From NCBI GenBank assembly GCA_913776615.1, contig CAJYPK010000053.1, positions 9,778 through 73,777 on the forward strand: 64,000 bases of DNA. The letters run 5' to 3'. Of this stretch, positions 39,337 to 52,452 are shown piece after piece (within the stretch, counting starts at the first letter, position 1; each line of letters opens with the position of its first letter). The stretch is from an uncultured Hymenobacter sp. Its GTDB lineage: Bacteria; Bacteroidota; Bacteroidia; Cytophagales; Hymenobacteraceae. The translations under genes and the position numbers were made by a program. Under the pieces are notes generated by a model. The model saw only the letters and a program-made list of their open reading frames with translations, was not told the origin of the DNA and did not search any database.

Positions 39337-42291
39337 TTACTGCACCACCACGCGGCGCACCAGCGGCGCATCGGTCACGCGCAGATGCAGTTGGTACACG
39401 CCCGGGGCCAAGCCCCGCACGTCGGCTTCGCCCACTGCCGTTTGGCCCGGGCCGGCCTTCATGGTTACGCGGCCTACGGTCTGGCCCAGCGCGTTGGTCA
39501 GCTCGGCCGTGGCTGGGACGGTGGTACCGGCTGGTAGCGGTAGTACCACGCGGAAACTGCCCGAGGCCGGGTTGGGGAATACCTGGAGCTGGGCACCCAG
39601 CGTTTGGGCGGGAGCGGTAGCCAGCGTTCCGGAAGTACCCAGTTCCAGCGCGAAGCGGCCCGGGGCGGTAGTACCCGCCAGGGTGAAGGCGTAGCGAGTG
39701 CCAGCGGCCAGCGGCGTGCGGGTGCCCGTCAGGGCATCGGTGAGGGTAAGAGCGCCGGGGGCGAAATTAGCCAATTGGGCGGCGGTGAGTACGTAGCTAC
39801 CCGCCGCGGGCACGGTGAGGGCCAGCGGCACGCTGGCGGGGGCGCCTACTACGGGCAAGCCATTGATAGCCAGCTGCTGGCCGTTGGCAACCGTGGCCAG
39901 GTTCAGGCCGCTGGGATTGGGAAGCTTGGTGGCGTCGAAGGCGGCATCGATAGCGGTGGTGGCCCCGGCCTGCTGGTAGAGGTAGGTCTCGTCGGTGAGG
40001 CTGGCCGTGGCGGTGGCCAGCGTGAGGCGCAGCAGCGGCCGGGCGTCGGTGGTGGTGCGCTGCACGGTGGCGGAATTAGCCGTGGTAAAATCGCTGATGC
40101 GAGCCCCCACGGGCATGGTGAGCGTAACGGGGATGCTATTCAGCGAGCGCACAAAAAAGGCCTGTCCCAGCGGAATGGTGCTGCCCGCCCCGCCCACGCC
40201 GTTGACGTACGCACGGTAGTTGCCCGCGTACTGGCTGGTGCTCACGTAGATGTACATGGCCCCGCTCAGGCCCGTCGGAATGTTGACGGCGTCCCAGTTC
40301 AGGGCCGAGGCGAAGGGGTTGCCCAGTAGGTGCCAGCCAGCGGTGGCCGTGGCCGTAGCGGGCAGGATTACGGCAATGTCCTCGTTGTTGCGCGTGAGCG
40401 GGCCGCTGAGGGCCAGCGTTTGGCCCGCCGACAGGTTCACGGCGTAGCCCAGGCCGCGGCGCGAGGGCTGGCCGGCGACGGTCGGGTCGGCGGGTACCAC
40501 CCAGCCTTTATCAAACTCGCTGTAGCTAGTGGCCGGTGAGGTAGTGGCCCGCGCTTGGTCGTAGGCAAACACGGTTGGGAAGGGTGTTACCAAATCGGGC
40601 CGGGCGCTGGCGTTGTAGGTCGCGTTGAATACGGGCGCGTAAGCCGGGCCCGCCACGCCCGCGAAGGTGCCGTAGTCGAAGGGCAGGCTAAGGTGGCGGT
40701 AGCCCGCGCCGGCGTTCACGCTGGGATCGAGGTAGCGTTGCAGCGTAAAGGTGCTGCTAAGCGTGCCCGCACCGGGGGCCACCAGGGCCGTGCCGCTCGC
40801 GTCGGAAAGCAGCGTCAGGGTCTGGGTGCTGTTGTTGAGGGTGCCGCTGGTGGGGGTGAATTTCTGCTTGATGCTTAAGGCATTGGTTAGGGTCAACGCA
40901 TTGGCAGTAGGCCCGGCAATTTCCAGCTCGCGCACGGTGCCGGGCAGGCCCGAGCCGGTAGCCTGGTCGCCGGTGCCCTCGTAGGCGTAGCCCGCGTCGG
41001 TGCTGAACGTGCGGCTGCCGGAGTTGCGAATGGCACCCGTGGCCCCGCTGGCACTGATGCCGGCCGCGTCGCAAATGCGCAGCGTAGCCCCGGCCTGGAG
41101 CTCGAAGCTACCCGGGCCGTCTAGTAGGAAGCAATTGGTTTTAAGCGCGCTGGCTGACTGGCCACCCGGGCTTTTCACAATGAGTGCCCCGTACACCGTT
41201 ACGTTGCCGCCGAGCGTGGCTACGCCGCTGTTGATGGTAATATCTTGGTACGAGCCGGCCGGTACGGTGGTATTCGTATTGATAACCAGGCTAGGGTAGG
41301 TGGTCGCCGCGAACGGGGCCAGCAGGGGCCGCAAAAAGCTGCGCACGTCGCGGTACACCGTATCGGCGTAAGCCAGCCCGGCGGCGCTGGTGCTTTCGAA
41401 GGGCACGTGCCCGGCCCGGCTGAAGCGGCGCAATTGGTTGGTCACCCCCACGGCGCTGGCGTAGGGGTTGAGCCGGCCGCTGCCGTATACGTACTTGGGG
41501 GGCAGGATGGAGCCCACCTTGCCTTGCAGGTAGGGCACGGTAGCGTCGGCCGTGCCGTGGGCGCTGTACAGGGGCGCGTTGCCGGCCTCAATGACGCTGG
41601 GCTGCTCGGTGGCCCCGCTCAGGTTGAGCACGGCCAGCGGGAAGCTGTTGTAGCCCGCGTTGCCACTGTTGCCCTCAATGCCGCCCAGGGCGGCCAGGCC
41701 CACGTAGGCGGGTACTTCGCTGGCTTTGTCGAGGTAGCCCGTTTGCAGGGCCGCGAAGGCGCCGGCCGACGAGCCACCCACCACGATGCGGCTGGCGCTG
41801 GCCCGGTACACGTTGGCCCCGGCCGCGTCGGCCCGGAAAAACCGCACCGCCGCCCGCATATCCTGCATCCCCCGGATGGCCGCCCGGGCCACCTGCGGCG
41901 TATCGGCCGGCGCCCGGAAGCCGGTGAGCACAAAGCCCAGGCGGTAGTCAATGCTGGCCGTCACGTAGCCCAGTTTGGCAAACTGGGTGCACACCTTCAC
42001 CATGTAGGCATCGGTGCGCGAGCCGGAAAGGAAGCCGCCCTGGTGGGCAAAAATGATCACCGGACGCTCGGTACTCGCGTCGCCGGTGGGCTCGTAGATA
42101 TCCATGCGCAGGGTTTGGGTAGCACCCGCGTAGTCCACGGCCGAGCCAAATACCACGCCCGAAGTCACGGTCACGTTCGGAAATACGGGTTGGAAGTAGC
42201 GCCCGGCAGTGGTGTCGATGGGGGTTTGGGCCAGCGCCGCGCGCCAGGTGCCCAGCACCAGCAGCCACGCCATCAGTAAAGAAGCTTTCAT
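39337..42291 (-). CDS. T9SS-secreted alpha/beta-hydrolase (carboxylesterase/lipase-like) fused to a beta-rich region and CTD
   Basis: Signal peptide, HQGGFLSG oxyanion motif, GSSAG nucleophile elbow, HGTADATVP, GHVP. C-terminal VFPNPASG...GVYQLHL...VVVQ. Confidence 0.88.
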   Translation of the reverse strand: MKASLLMAWLLVLGTWRAALAQTPIDTTAGRYFQPVFPNVTVTSGVVFGSAVDYAGATQTLRMDIYEPTGDASTERPVIIFAHQGGFLSGSRTDAYMVKVCTQFAKLGYVTASIDYRLGFVLTGFRAPADTPQVARAAIRGMQDMRAAVRFFRADAAGANVYRASASRIVVGGSSAGAFAALQTGYLDKASEVPAYVGLAALGGIEGNSGNAGYNSFPLAVLNLSGATEQPSVIEAGNAPLYSAHGTADATVPYLQGKVGSILPPKYVYGSGRLNPYASAVGVTNQLRRFSRAGHVPFESTSAAGLAYADTVYRDVRSFLRPLLAPFAATTYPSLVINTNTTVPAGSYQDITINSGVATLGGNVTVYGALIVKSPGGQSASALKTNCFLLDGPGSFELQAGATLRICDAAGISASGATGAIRNSGSRTFSTDAGYAYEGTGDQATGSGLPGTVRELEIAGPTANALTLTNALSIKQKFTPTSGTLNNSTQTLTLLSDASGTALVAPGAGTLSSTFTLQRYLDPSVNAGAGYRHLSLPFDYGTFAGVAGPAYAPVFNATYNASARPDLVTPFPTVFAYDQARATTSPATSYSEFDKGWVVPADPTVAGQPSRRGLGYAVNLSAGQTLALSGPLTRNNEDIAVILPATATATAGWHLLGNPFASALNWDAVNIPTGLSGAMYIYVSTSQYAGNYRAYVNGVGGAGSTIPLGQAFFVRSLNSIPVTLTMPVGARISDFTTANSATVQRTTTDARPLLRLTLATATASLTDETYLYQQAGATTAIDAAFDATKLPNPSGLNLATVANGQQLAINGLPVVGAPASVPLALTVPAAGSYVLTAAQLANFAPGALTLTDALTGTRTPLAAGTRYAFTLAGTTAPGRFALELGTSGTLATAPAQTLGAQLQVFPNPASGSFRVVLPLPAGTTVPATAELTNALGQTVGRVTMKAGPGQTAVGEADVRGLAPGVYQLHLRVTDAPLVRRVVVQ

Positions 42292-42513
42292 AAGGAACCA
42301 GTTTAGGAAAAAAAGAAATAAACCAATGCCTGGACGCAGAACCAGGCCGCCGGGTTGGGCGATACGCTGAATATCAAGCTAAAACTCAGTAATCGGCCCG
42401 CCGGGTGATGGCGATGGGCAACTACCAAAACGGCTAGTACCTAAGCCGCTGCCCCAGTAATCGGCCGGGGCGGCGCTCAGATACTAGCCGTTGCGTGGTC
42501 GGAAACGACCGGG

Positions 42514-42933
42514 CTACTCGTACACGAACCGAACCTCTTGCTTGATTTCCGGGTTCAGGCTCAGGGCCACCGGGCAGGTGTGCGCGGTGCGTTCCATCAG
42601 GGCGCGGTCGTGCTCGCTGAGGCTGGCGGGCAGGTGCAGCTCTACGTTGAGCTGGGCAATGCGCCGCGGGGGCTCCTGGCTCATGATTTTTTCCATCTTG
42701 AACGAAGCGCCCACCAGGTTCAGCTGGTGGCGCTCGGCCACGATGGCCATGGTCGTCAGAATGCAGGTGCCGAGGGCGGTGCCCACGAGGTCGGTCGGCG
42801 AAAACGCTTCGCCGCGGCCGTGGTTATCGACCGGGGCATCGGTCTGGATGACAGTACCCGAAGCCGTGTGCGTAGCTTCGGTGCGCAGGTGGCCCTCGTA
42901 GCGGGCGGTGGCGGTGGTATGGGGCGTGCTCAT
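42514..42933 (-). CDS. OsmC family protein
   Basis: TDAPVDNHGRGEAFSPTDL...LGTC, TCPVALSL (two conserved Cys). Confidence 0.93.
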   Translation of the reverse strand: MSTPHTTATARYEGHLRTEATHTASGTVIQTDAPVDNHGRGEAFSPTDLVGTALGTCILTTMAIVAERHQLNLVGASFKMEKIMSQEPPRRIAQLNVELHLPASLSEHDRALMERTAHTCPVALSLNPEIKQEVRFVYE

Positions 42934-42937
42934 ACCA

Positions 42938-42945
42938 CAAAGCTA
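42938..42945 (-). promoter_or_regulatory. -7 element only 4 nt upstream of the OsmC ATG
   Basis: Minus strand TAGCTTTG-TGGT-ATG. Confidence 0.65.
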
Positions 42946-43011
42946 CCCCGGCCGCGTTGGCAAAATACCGGGTGGTAAAAGTCACCCCGGCAGGTATTTT
43001 TGATTTCTATT

Positions 43012-43869
43012 ATGAACAAAACGTACGCCCTCGCCGCCGGCGGCCTGGCCCTGGCCCTGGCTGCGGCCCGCCCCGCGCTGGCCCAGGCCCCCAGTCCCAC
43101 GCCCGCCCCGGTAGGCCCCACCCTCGAAGTGGCGCCGCAGCCCATGCCGTCCGACGAGCAGTCGTACCGCCGCGAAACGGTGTTCGGCATCAATTTCAAC
43201 ACCCAGGGCGGCCTCATCGGGGGTGTCAACGTGCGCGTGGCGAAGGTGCTCGACGAGCGCTGGCTGCGTTTCTGGAGTATCGAGGGCGTTTCCTACAAAA
43301 ATGCCAAGGAGGAGAGTTTCACCAACATAGCCACGGGCGGCACCTTCAAGGCGTTCAAGACCAACTACGGCTTTGGGCTGCGGCCATCCATCGGCGTGCA
43401 GCGCGTCTTGTTTCGCAAGGCGGCCGACGCGGGCGTGCAAGTGAATGGCCTGGTAAGTGCGGGGCCGTCCCTGGCGTTTTTAATGCCCTATTACATTAGC
43501 TTCGACCAAACGGCGGCGGCTACGGGCGGTAATTTCAATCCCAACGACGTCATTATCGACGAGCAGTTTAGCCTGGAAAAACACGTTGTCAACGGTAATA
43601 TCAGCGGGGCCGTCGTGGACCGGGGGCCGCTGTTTGCGGGCATAAGTGGCACCAAGGTGGTGCCGGGCGCCCACCTGCGCGGAGCCCTGAGCTTCGAGTA
43701 CGGGCGCTACCGCGATGCCGTGGCGGGGGCCGAAGTGGGCTTTTTATTGGAAGTCTACACCCGCCGCCTGAACATCATGGCCCCGCCGGCTACGGTCGAT
43801 TACAATTCCATCAACAAGCAATTCTTGCCCGCGGTGTATCTGACGCTATACATCGGCCACCGGAGTTAA
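43012..43869 (+). CDS. Hypothetical exported protein, probably an outer-membrane beta-barrel
   Basis: Signal peptide ending ALAQ, alternating beta-strand pattern, C-terminal VYLTLYIG. Confidence 0.7.
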   Translation: MNKTYALAAGGLALALAAARPALAQAPSPTPAPVGPTLEVAPQPMPSDEQSYRRETVFGINFNTQGGLIGGVNVRVAKVLDERWLRFWSIEGVSYKNAKEESFTNIATGGTFKAFKTNYGFGLRPSIGVQRVLFRKAADAGVQVNGLVSAGPSLAFLMPYYISFDQTAAATGGNFNPNDVIIDEQFSLEKHVVNGNISGAVVDRGPLFAGISGTKVVPGAHLRGALSFEYGRYRDAVAGAEVGFLLEVYTRRLNIMAPPATVDYNSINKQFLPAVYLTLYIGHRS

Positions 43870-43990
43870 CTTTGAGTAAATTATGGGGTGCGAAGAATTC
43901 ATTACGAATTGCCCCGCCCTCGGCTCCCGGCGGAGCGGGCCAGCCAGCCTCAATGCATAACTCATAATTTATAATTCATAAGTAAGAAAG

Positions 43991-44905
<915 letters not shown>

Positions 44906-44932
44906 CTGAGTAGCCCCGCTGCTTGAAAAAAG

Positions 44933-44962
44933 AAAAGCCCCGCCAAATCGGCGGGGCTTTTT
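44933..44962. terminator. Bidirectional terminator
   Basis: aaaagccccgcc-aaatc-ggcggggctttt. Confidence 0.88.
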
Positions 44963-44980
44963 GCTGATTCCGGCAAGCGG

Positions 44981-45598
44981 CTAGCGGATGGCCTGGCGGC
45001 GCTGATCGGTGGGCGGGTAGTTGCCCATCACCGAGTTCACGATGCGGTAGGTTTCTTCCTCCGAAATGCTGTTGTTGTCGAGCTGGGCCTGGCCCGTGCC
45101 CCGCCAGGCGAGCTCCTTGCGCTTGGCGTCCACGATGTCGATGATGACCGTGCCGGCCTTGTAGTTGTACGCCCGGGCACCGTAGGGGTAGCCCCCGAAG
45201 CCATAGCCGTAGCCGTAGTAGGGGTAGCCCCCGTAGGGATAGCCGCCGGCAATCTGCTGCTTGTTTTCCACGCGCACGCTGTAGGCCACGTACACGTCGG
45301 GGCTGGCGTTGTTGGCAACCTCGGTCAGGCCCTTAGCGGTCAAGTCTTTGGTCACGGCATCGCGGATGCGCTGGTCGGTAAACGACTCGTAGCCGCGGGC
45401 CGGGCCGCCTTCGGTGTCGTTGGCTTGCTTGGGGTACCAGGCCCAGGTTTTGTAAGCGCGGAAGTTGACGGCGTGGTCGAAGTCGCTGGTCGCGGCGACG
45501 TTGGCCGAAGTGGCGCAGGAGGTGGCCCCGAGGGCCAGCGTCAGGCCCATGACCGCCAGGGCGGCCGGGCGGGCCAGAAAACGAGTGATGCGGTTCAT
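44981..45598 (-). CDS. DUF4136 family lipoprotein
   Basis: Lipobox GATSC, DFDHAVNFRAYKTWAW, Y/G-rich loop, YKAGTVIIDIVDAKRKELAWRG. Confidence 0.9.
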   Translation of the reverse strand: MNRITRFLARPAALAVMGLTLALGATSCATSANVAATSDFDHAVNFRAYKTWAWYPKQANDTEGGPARGYESFTDQRIRDAVTKDLTAKGLTEVANNASPDVYVAYSVRVENKQQIAGGYPYGGYPYYGYGYGFGGYPYGARAYNYKAGTVIIDIVDAKRKELAWRGTGQAQLDNNSISEEETYRIVNSVMGNYPPTDQRRQAIR

Positions 45599-45816
45599 AA
45601 GGCTAGAAATTAAGGGAATAATTCGCCGGAGCGAAGCTGCTGACTTAACGCTGGCGGCTGGGCCAATGTTCCAAAAAAAGTAGGCAAGCCGACTAGTTTC
45701 CTTAGCCAAAGGACCAAACGCCAACACGCCAGACCAAGCGCAGCTACGGGCTCAATCTGGCGTGTGTTGGATGGTGGCCGCCCGCGCAGGTTTAACGCAG
45801 AACGGGGCGTTGTATT

Positions 45817-45888
45817 GTTGCGCGGACTTTGTAGTCCGCGGCCGATTGAATACTCACCAACGGCCGCCGACTGTAAAGTCCGCGCAAC
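45817..45888. repeat. REP doublet, family A, copy 2
   Basis: gttgcgcggactttgtagtccgcg ... cgccgactgtaaagtccgcgcaac. Confidence 0.8.
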
Positions 45889-45899
45889 GATTAGAACGA

Positions 45900-48824
<2,925 letters not shown>

Positions 48825-48869
48825 AAACGTGGGCTGGAGGAGGAGAGAAGGGGGCAACTTTTTCCGTAA

Positions 48870-48877
48870 CAAAGGTA
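48870..48877 (-). promoter_or_regulatory. -7 element of gcvP
   Basis: TACCTTTG on the minus strand, 45 nt upstream of the ATG. Confidence 0.7.
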
Positions 48878-49011
48878 CGCCCGGTTTAATGCGGCGCTGG
48901 CAGGCTAGCGGGGGATAATTCGGGTATTGCGCTAAAAGAAGGGGCGGGGCCGGGATCGCCAGTTGCTATGCTAGTTTAGCGCTAGGTACTGTTAAGGAGT
49001 AAATTAGCTCG

Positions 49012-50997
49012 CTATTTTCGCAGTGAGCGGCCCGCTCGCCCGCGGCTGGCCCCGGTGGGGGGCCGGCGCTGCGCTTGGGGGCGGGGGCGGGCGTCCGGAG
49101 TTGCTGACGCCGGGCCACCGGCCAGCCGGAGGCTGGGCCGGGGCGGGGCGCTCATGCCGGTGCCCAGGAAAAAGCTGGGGTGCGGCGGCTGGTTGTAGGC
49201 CGAGTTTTGCTGGGCGATGGCCAGCCGGTACTGCGCGTCGTGCATGAGCGTGCAGAGGCGCTCGGTGGTGGGAATGGTAGTGGTAAACAGAATCAGCCGG
49301 GTGTTGTCGGCGGTGCGAAACAGCAGCTCCTCGCGCCAGTCGCCGAGCAGGTCGGCCGTGAGGCAGGGGTTGGCCTTGGTTGAGTTGTTGGCCGCCACCG
49401 GGGCGAGTTCGTGCAGCGACAAGAGCCGGCTGGTCGCCCCGGTGGCGGGGTTCCACTTATCGAGCTTGGTGCCGTCGAGCAGCTCGCGGCTGAGGTCGCC
49501 GTCCCACCACACGGCGAAATTGACCGTGGGCCGGTTGGGGCTGATTTGCAGGCCCTGGCAGGTATAGAGGCCGCCCGTGCTGCCCCAGCACTCGCAGCCG
49601 GGGTAGCGCGGGTCGATGTCGGCGGTCAGGGCGCGGCCCACGTCGCCGCTGCCCGGCACGCCCCAGAGCGGCCGGCCGGTGCGGGCGTCCCGAAATTCGA
49701 GGCCGTACGGGCCGTAGGCTTTGGGGTCTTCGTGGCACTGCCACACTTCCTGGCCGGGGCGGCTGGGGTCGAGGTCGCTCAGGTGCAGGGCATCGCCGTG
49801 GCCCAGGCCGTTGGCGTAGAGGCCGGTGCCGTCGTCGTCGAGGGCGCTGGCCCCGTTTACTACCTCGTCGCGGCCGTCGCCGTCCACGTCGCCCACCGTC
49901 AGCTGGTGGTTGCCCTGGCCGGCGTAGGCTCCGTTGCCGGGGGCGTCGCTGTCAAACGTCCAGCGGCGGGTGAGGCGGCCGCCGCGCCAGTCCCAGGCTG
50001 TGCGCACCAGCCGGGTGTAGTAGCCCCGGCCCATGATGAGGCTGGGCCGCTGGCCGTCGAGGTAGGCTACCGTAGCCACGAAGCGGTCGACGCGGTTGCC
50101 GTAGGTATCGCCCCAACTCGCCACCGTGCCCCGGGCAGGTACGAAGTCGGTGCTGGCCAGCGCGGCCCCGGTCTGGCCGTCGAAGATGGTCAGGAACTCC
50201 GGCCCGCTCAGGACGTAGCCGTTGGTGGTGCGGTAGTCGGCCGTGGCGCTCCCGATTATCTTCCGCTGGCCGTCCACGGTGCCGTCGGCAGTTTTGCAGG
50301 CTACCTCGGCCTTGCCGTCGTTGTCGAGGTCGTACACCATAAACTGCGTGTAGTGCGCCCCGGCCCGGATGTTCCGCCCCAGGTCGATGCGCCAGAGCCG
50401 GGTGCCGTCGAGCCGGTAGGCGTCGAGGTACACGTTGCCGGTGTAGCCGCTCTGCGAGTTGTCCTTGGCGTTGGAGGGGTTCCACTTGAGAATAATATCG
50501 TACTGGCCGTCGCCGTCCACGTCGCCCACGCTGGCGTCGTTGGGCGAGTAGGTGTAGGTTTCGCCGCTGGGCGTAGTGCCGCCGGCCGGCACTTGCAGCC
50601 CGATGCTCAGGTACGGCTGCGCCCACACGCTGGCTTTCTCGGAAGCGGCTTGCTCCACGCCGTTGAGCACCGGCCGCACCGTGTAAATGGCATCGGTAGC
50701 AGTATGGTCGGTGAGGTTGGTAGCCCCGGTAATGAGTGCGGCGTTCACCTTAGTCGAGCCCCGGTAGACATTGAAGGCCAGTCCGCTGGGGTCGGTGCCC
50801 AGCACGCGCCAGCCCACGTACACCGCGTCGGGGCCAGTGCGCACGGCCACCACACCCCGGTTCAGGGCTTCGAGGTAGCGTTGGGCGTGGGCGGCTTGCG
50901 GGAAGAGGAGCGGGCCAGTAAGCGCCGCCCAGCCCAGCCAGCCGGCCCGTGCTAAGCGCTGGGGTGAGAACTTGGGAAAAAGAAGGTTTTTAGGCAT
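49012..50997 (-). CDS. Rhamnogalacturonan lyase, PL11 (YesW/YesX-like)
   Basis: EALNRGVVAV, YSPNDASVGDVDGDGQYDIILKW, IRAGAHYTQF, GQGNHQL, HGDALH, LMHDAQYRLAIAQQNSAYNQPPHPSF. Confidence 0.95.
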   Translation of the reverse strand: MPKNLLFPKFSPQRLARAGWLGWAALTGPLLFPQAAHAQRYLEALNRGVVAVRTGPDAVYVGWRVLGTDPSGLAFNVYRGSTKVNAALITGATNLTDHTATDAIYTVRPVLNGVEQAASEKASVWAQPYLSIGLQVPAGGTTPSGETYTYSPNDASVGDVDGDGQYDIILKWNPSNAKDNSQSGYTGNVYLDAYRLDGTRLWRIDLGRNIRAGAHYTQFMVYDLDNDGKAEVACKTADGTVDGQRKIIGSATADYRTTNGYVLSGPEFLTIFDGQTGAALASTDFVPARGTVASWGDTYGNRVDRFVATVAYLDGQRPSLIMGRGYYTRLVRTAWDWRGGRLTRRWTFDSDAPGNGAYAGQGNHQLTVGDVDGDGRDEVVNGASALDDDGTGLYANGLGHGDALHLSDLDPSRPGQEVWQCHEDPKAYGPYGLEFRDARTGRPLWGVPGSGDVGRALTADIDPRYPGCECWGSTGGLYTCQGLQISPNRPTVNFAVWWDGDLSRELLDGTKLDKWNPATGATSRLLSLHELAPVAANNSTKANPCLTADLLGDWREELLFRTADNTRLILFTTTIPTTERLCTLMHDAQYRLAIAQQNSAYNQPPHPSFFLGTGMSAPPRPSLRLAGGPASATPDARPRPQAQRRPPTGASRGRAGRSLRK

Positions 50998-51171
50998 GGA
51001 TGGAAAACGGTCGAGCGAAGTACCCAGGCCTTGCCACACTGTTCAGCAGCCTGCGTTGTGCGTTAGTATTCGGTGAACTAGATATGATAGGGGCTAACTA
51101 GCGGGCGGAGCCAGCCAGGGCAGAGGTTAAAACCAATAGCTTTGCCCGTCATCTTCCCCCCAGCGCGCTTT

Positions 51172-52380
51172 ATGTCTCTCCTCATCGGCCTTATCCGCGA
51201 AGGTAAAACCCCGCCCGACCGCCGCGTGGCCCTCACGCCCAAGAAGTGCGTCGAGCTGCAAGAAACCTACCCCGACGTGCGCGTGCGGGTGCAGCCCAGC
51301 CCGCACCGGGCCTTCAGCGACCAGGAATACCGCGACCTCGGCCTGGAGGTGAGCGACGATATGGCGGCCTGCGACGTGCTGCTGGGCGTGAAGGAAGTGC
51401 CCGTGGCCGAGCTGCTGCCCGGCAAAACCTACTGCTTTTTCTCGCACACCATCAAGCAGCAGCCCGCCAACCGCGAGCTGCTGCGCACCGTGCTGCGCGA
51501 GAAAATCACCCTCATCGACTACGAACTGCTGACCAACGCGGCGGGCGAGCGGGTAGTGGCCTTCGGGCACTGGGCCGGCATCGTCGGAGCTTACAACGGC
51601 CTGCTCACCTATGGCCGTAAGCACGGGCTGTTCCGACTCAAGCCGGCCTGGCAGTGCGTGGACATGGAGGATATGCAGGAGGAGTTTTTCAAAGTCAAGC
51701 GCCTGCCGCCCATTAAGATAGCCGTGACGGGCTCGGGCCGGGTGGCCCAGGGCGCGGTGGAGGTACTGGGCCGCATGGGCATCCGGCGGGTGAGTGTGTA
51801 TGACTACCTCTACCTCGATTTCAACGAGCCGGTGTACGCCCAGCTGCGCAGCTCCGACTACAACCGCCGCCGCGACGGCCGGGTGTGGGATACGCCCAAT
51901 TTTCACCAGGAGCCCCGGGCCTACGAGTCCACGTTCGGCAATTTTCTGCCCGTCACCGATCTGCTCATCGCCTGCGCCTACTGGGATCCCGCCGCCCCGC
52001 GCCTGTTCGCCGAGGCCGATACCCAGCGGGCTGATTTTAGGCTGACGACCATCGCCGACGTCACCTGCGACGTGGACGGCTCCATCCCGCTCACCCGGCG
52101 CAGCACCACGATCGAAGCGCCGGCCTTCGATTACAACCCCGCCACCGGCACACTGGAGCCACCCTACGCCCGCCCCGAAAACATCACCGTGATGGCCGTG
52201 GACAACCTGCCCTGCGAGCTGCCGCGCAACGCCAGCCGCGACTTCGGCCGCCAGCTGCTCGACCAGTTTTTTCCGCACCTGCTCGGCGGCGACCCGGCCG
52301 GCGTGCTGGCCCGTGCCACCATTGCCCAGGATGGCCACTTGCAGCCGCGCTACGCCTACCTGGCCGACTACGTCGCTTAG
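51172..52380 (+). CDS. Saccharopine dehydrogenase / lysine-ketoglutarate reductase-like NAD(P) oxidoreductase (AlaDH/PNT family)
   Basis: REGKTPPDRRVALTP, LGVKEVP, FFSHTIKQQ, IDYELLT, GSGRVAQG, MAVDNLPCELP. TAGCTTTG promoter element at 51137-51144. Confidence 0.9.
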   Translation: MSLLIGLIREGKTPPDRRVALTPKKCVELQETYPDVRVRVQPSPHRAFSDQEYRDLGLEVSDDMAACDVLLGVKEVPVAELLPGKTYCFFSHTIKQQPANRELLRTVLREKITLIDYELLTNAAGERVVAFGHWAGIVGAYNGLLTYGRKHGLFRLKPAWQCVDMEDMQEEFFKVKRLPPIKIAVTGSGRVAQGAVEVLGRMGIRRVSVYDYLYLDFNEPVYAQLRSSDYNRRRDGRVWDTPNFHQEPRAYESTFGNFLPVTDLLIACAYWDPAAPRLFAEADTQRADFRLTTIADVTCDVDGSIPLTRRSTTIEAPAFDYNPATGTLEPPYARPENITVMAVDNLPCELPRNASRDFGRQLLDQFFPHLLGGDPAGVLARATIAQDGHLQPRYAYLADYVA

Positions 52381-52382
52381 CA

Positions 52383-52443
52383 GTAGCGCGGACGTTGTAG
52401 TCCGCGTTTCGTCATCCTGCGCGGACTACAACATCCGCGCTAC
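52383..52443. repeat. REP doublet, family A, copy 3
   Basis: gtagcgcggacgttgtagtccgcg (52383-52406) inverted with cgcggactacaacatccgcgctac (52420-52443), one mismatch. Confidence 0.9.
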
Positions 52444-52452
52444 AACCACCCG

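Noticed and set aside
48825-49011. Glycine riboswitch upstream of gcvP
   Set aside because: The -7 element is only 45 nt from the ATG, leaving no room, and I saw no aptamer-like conserved sequence.
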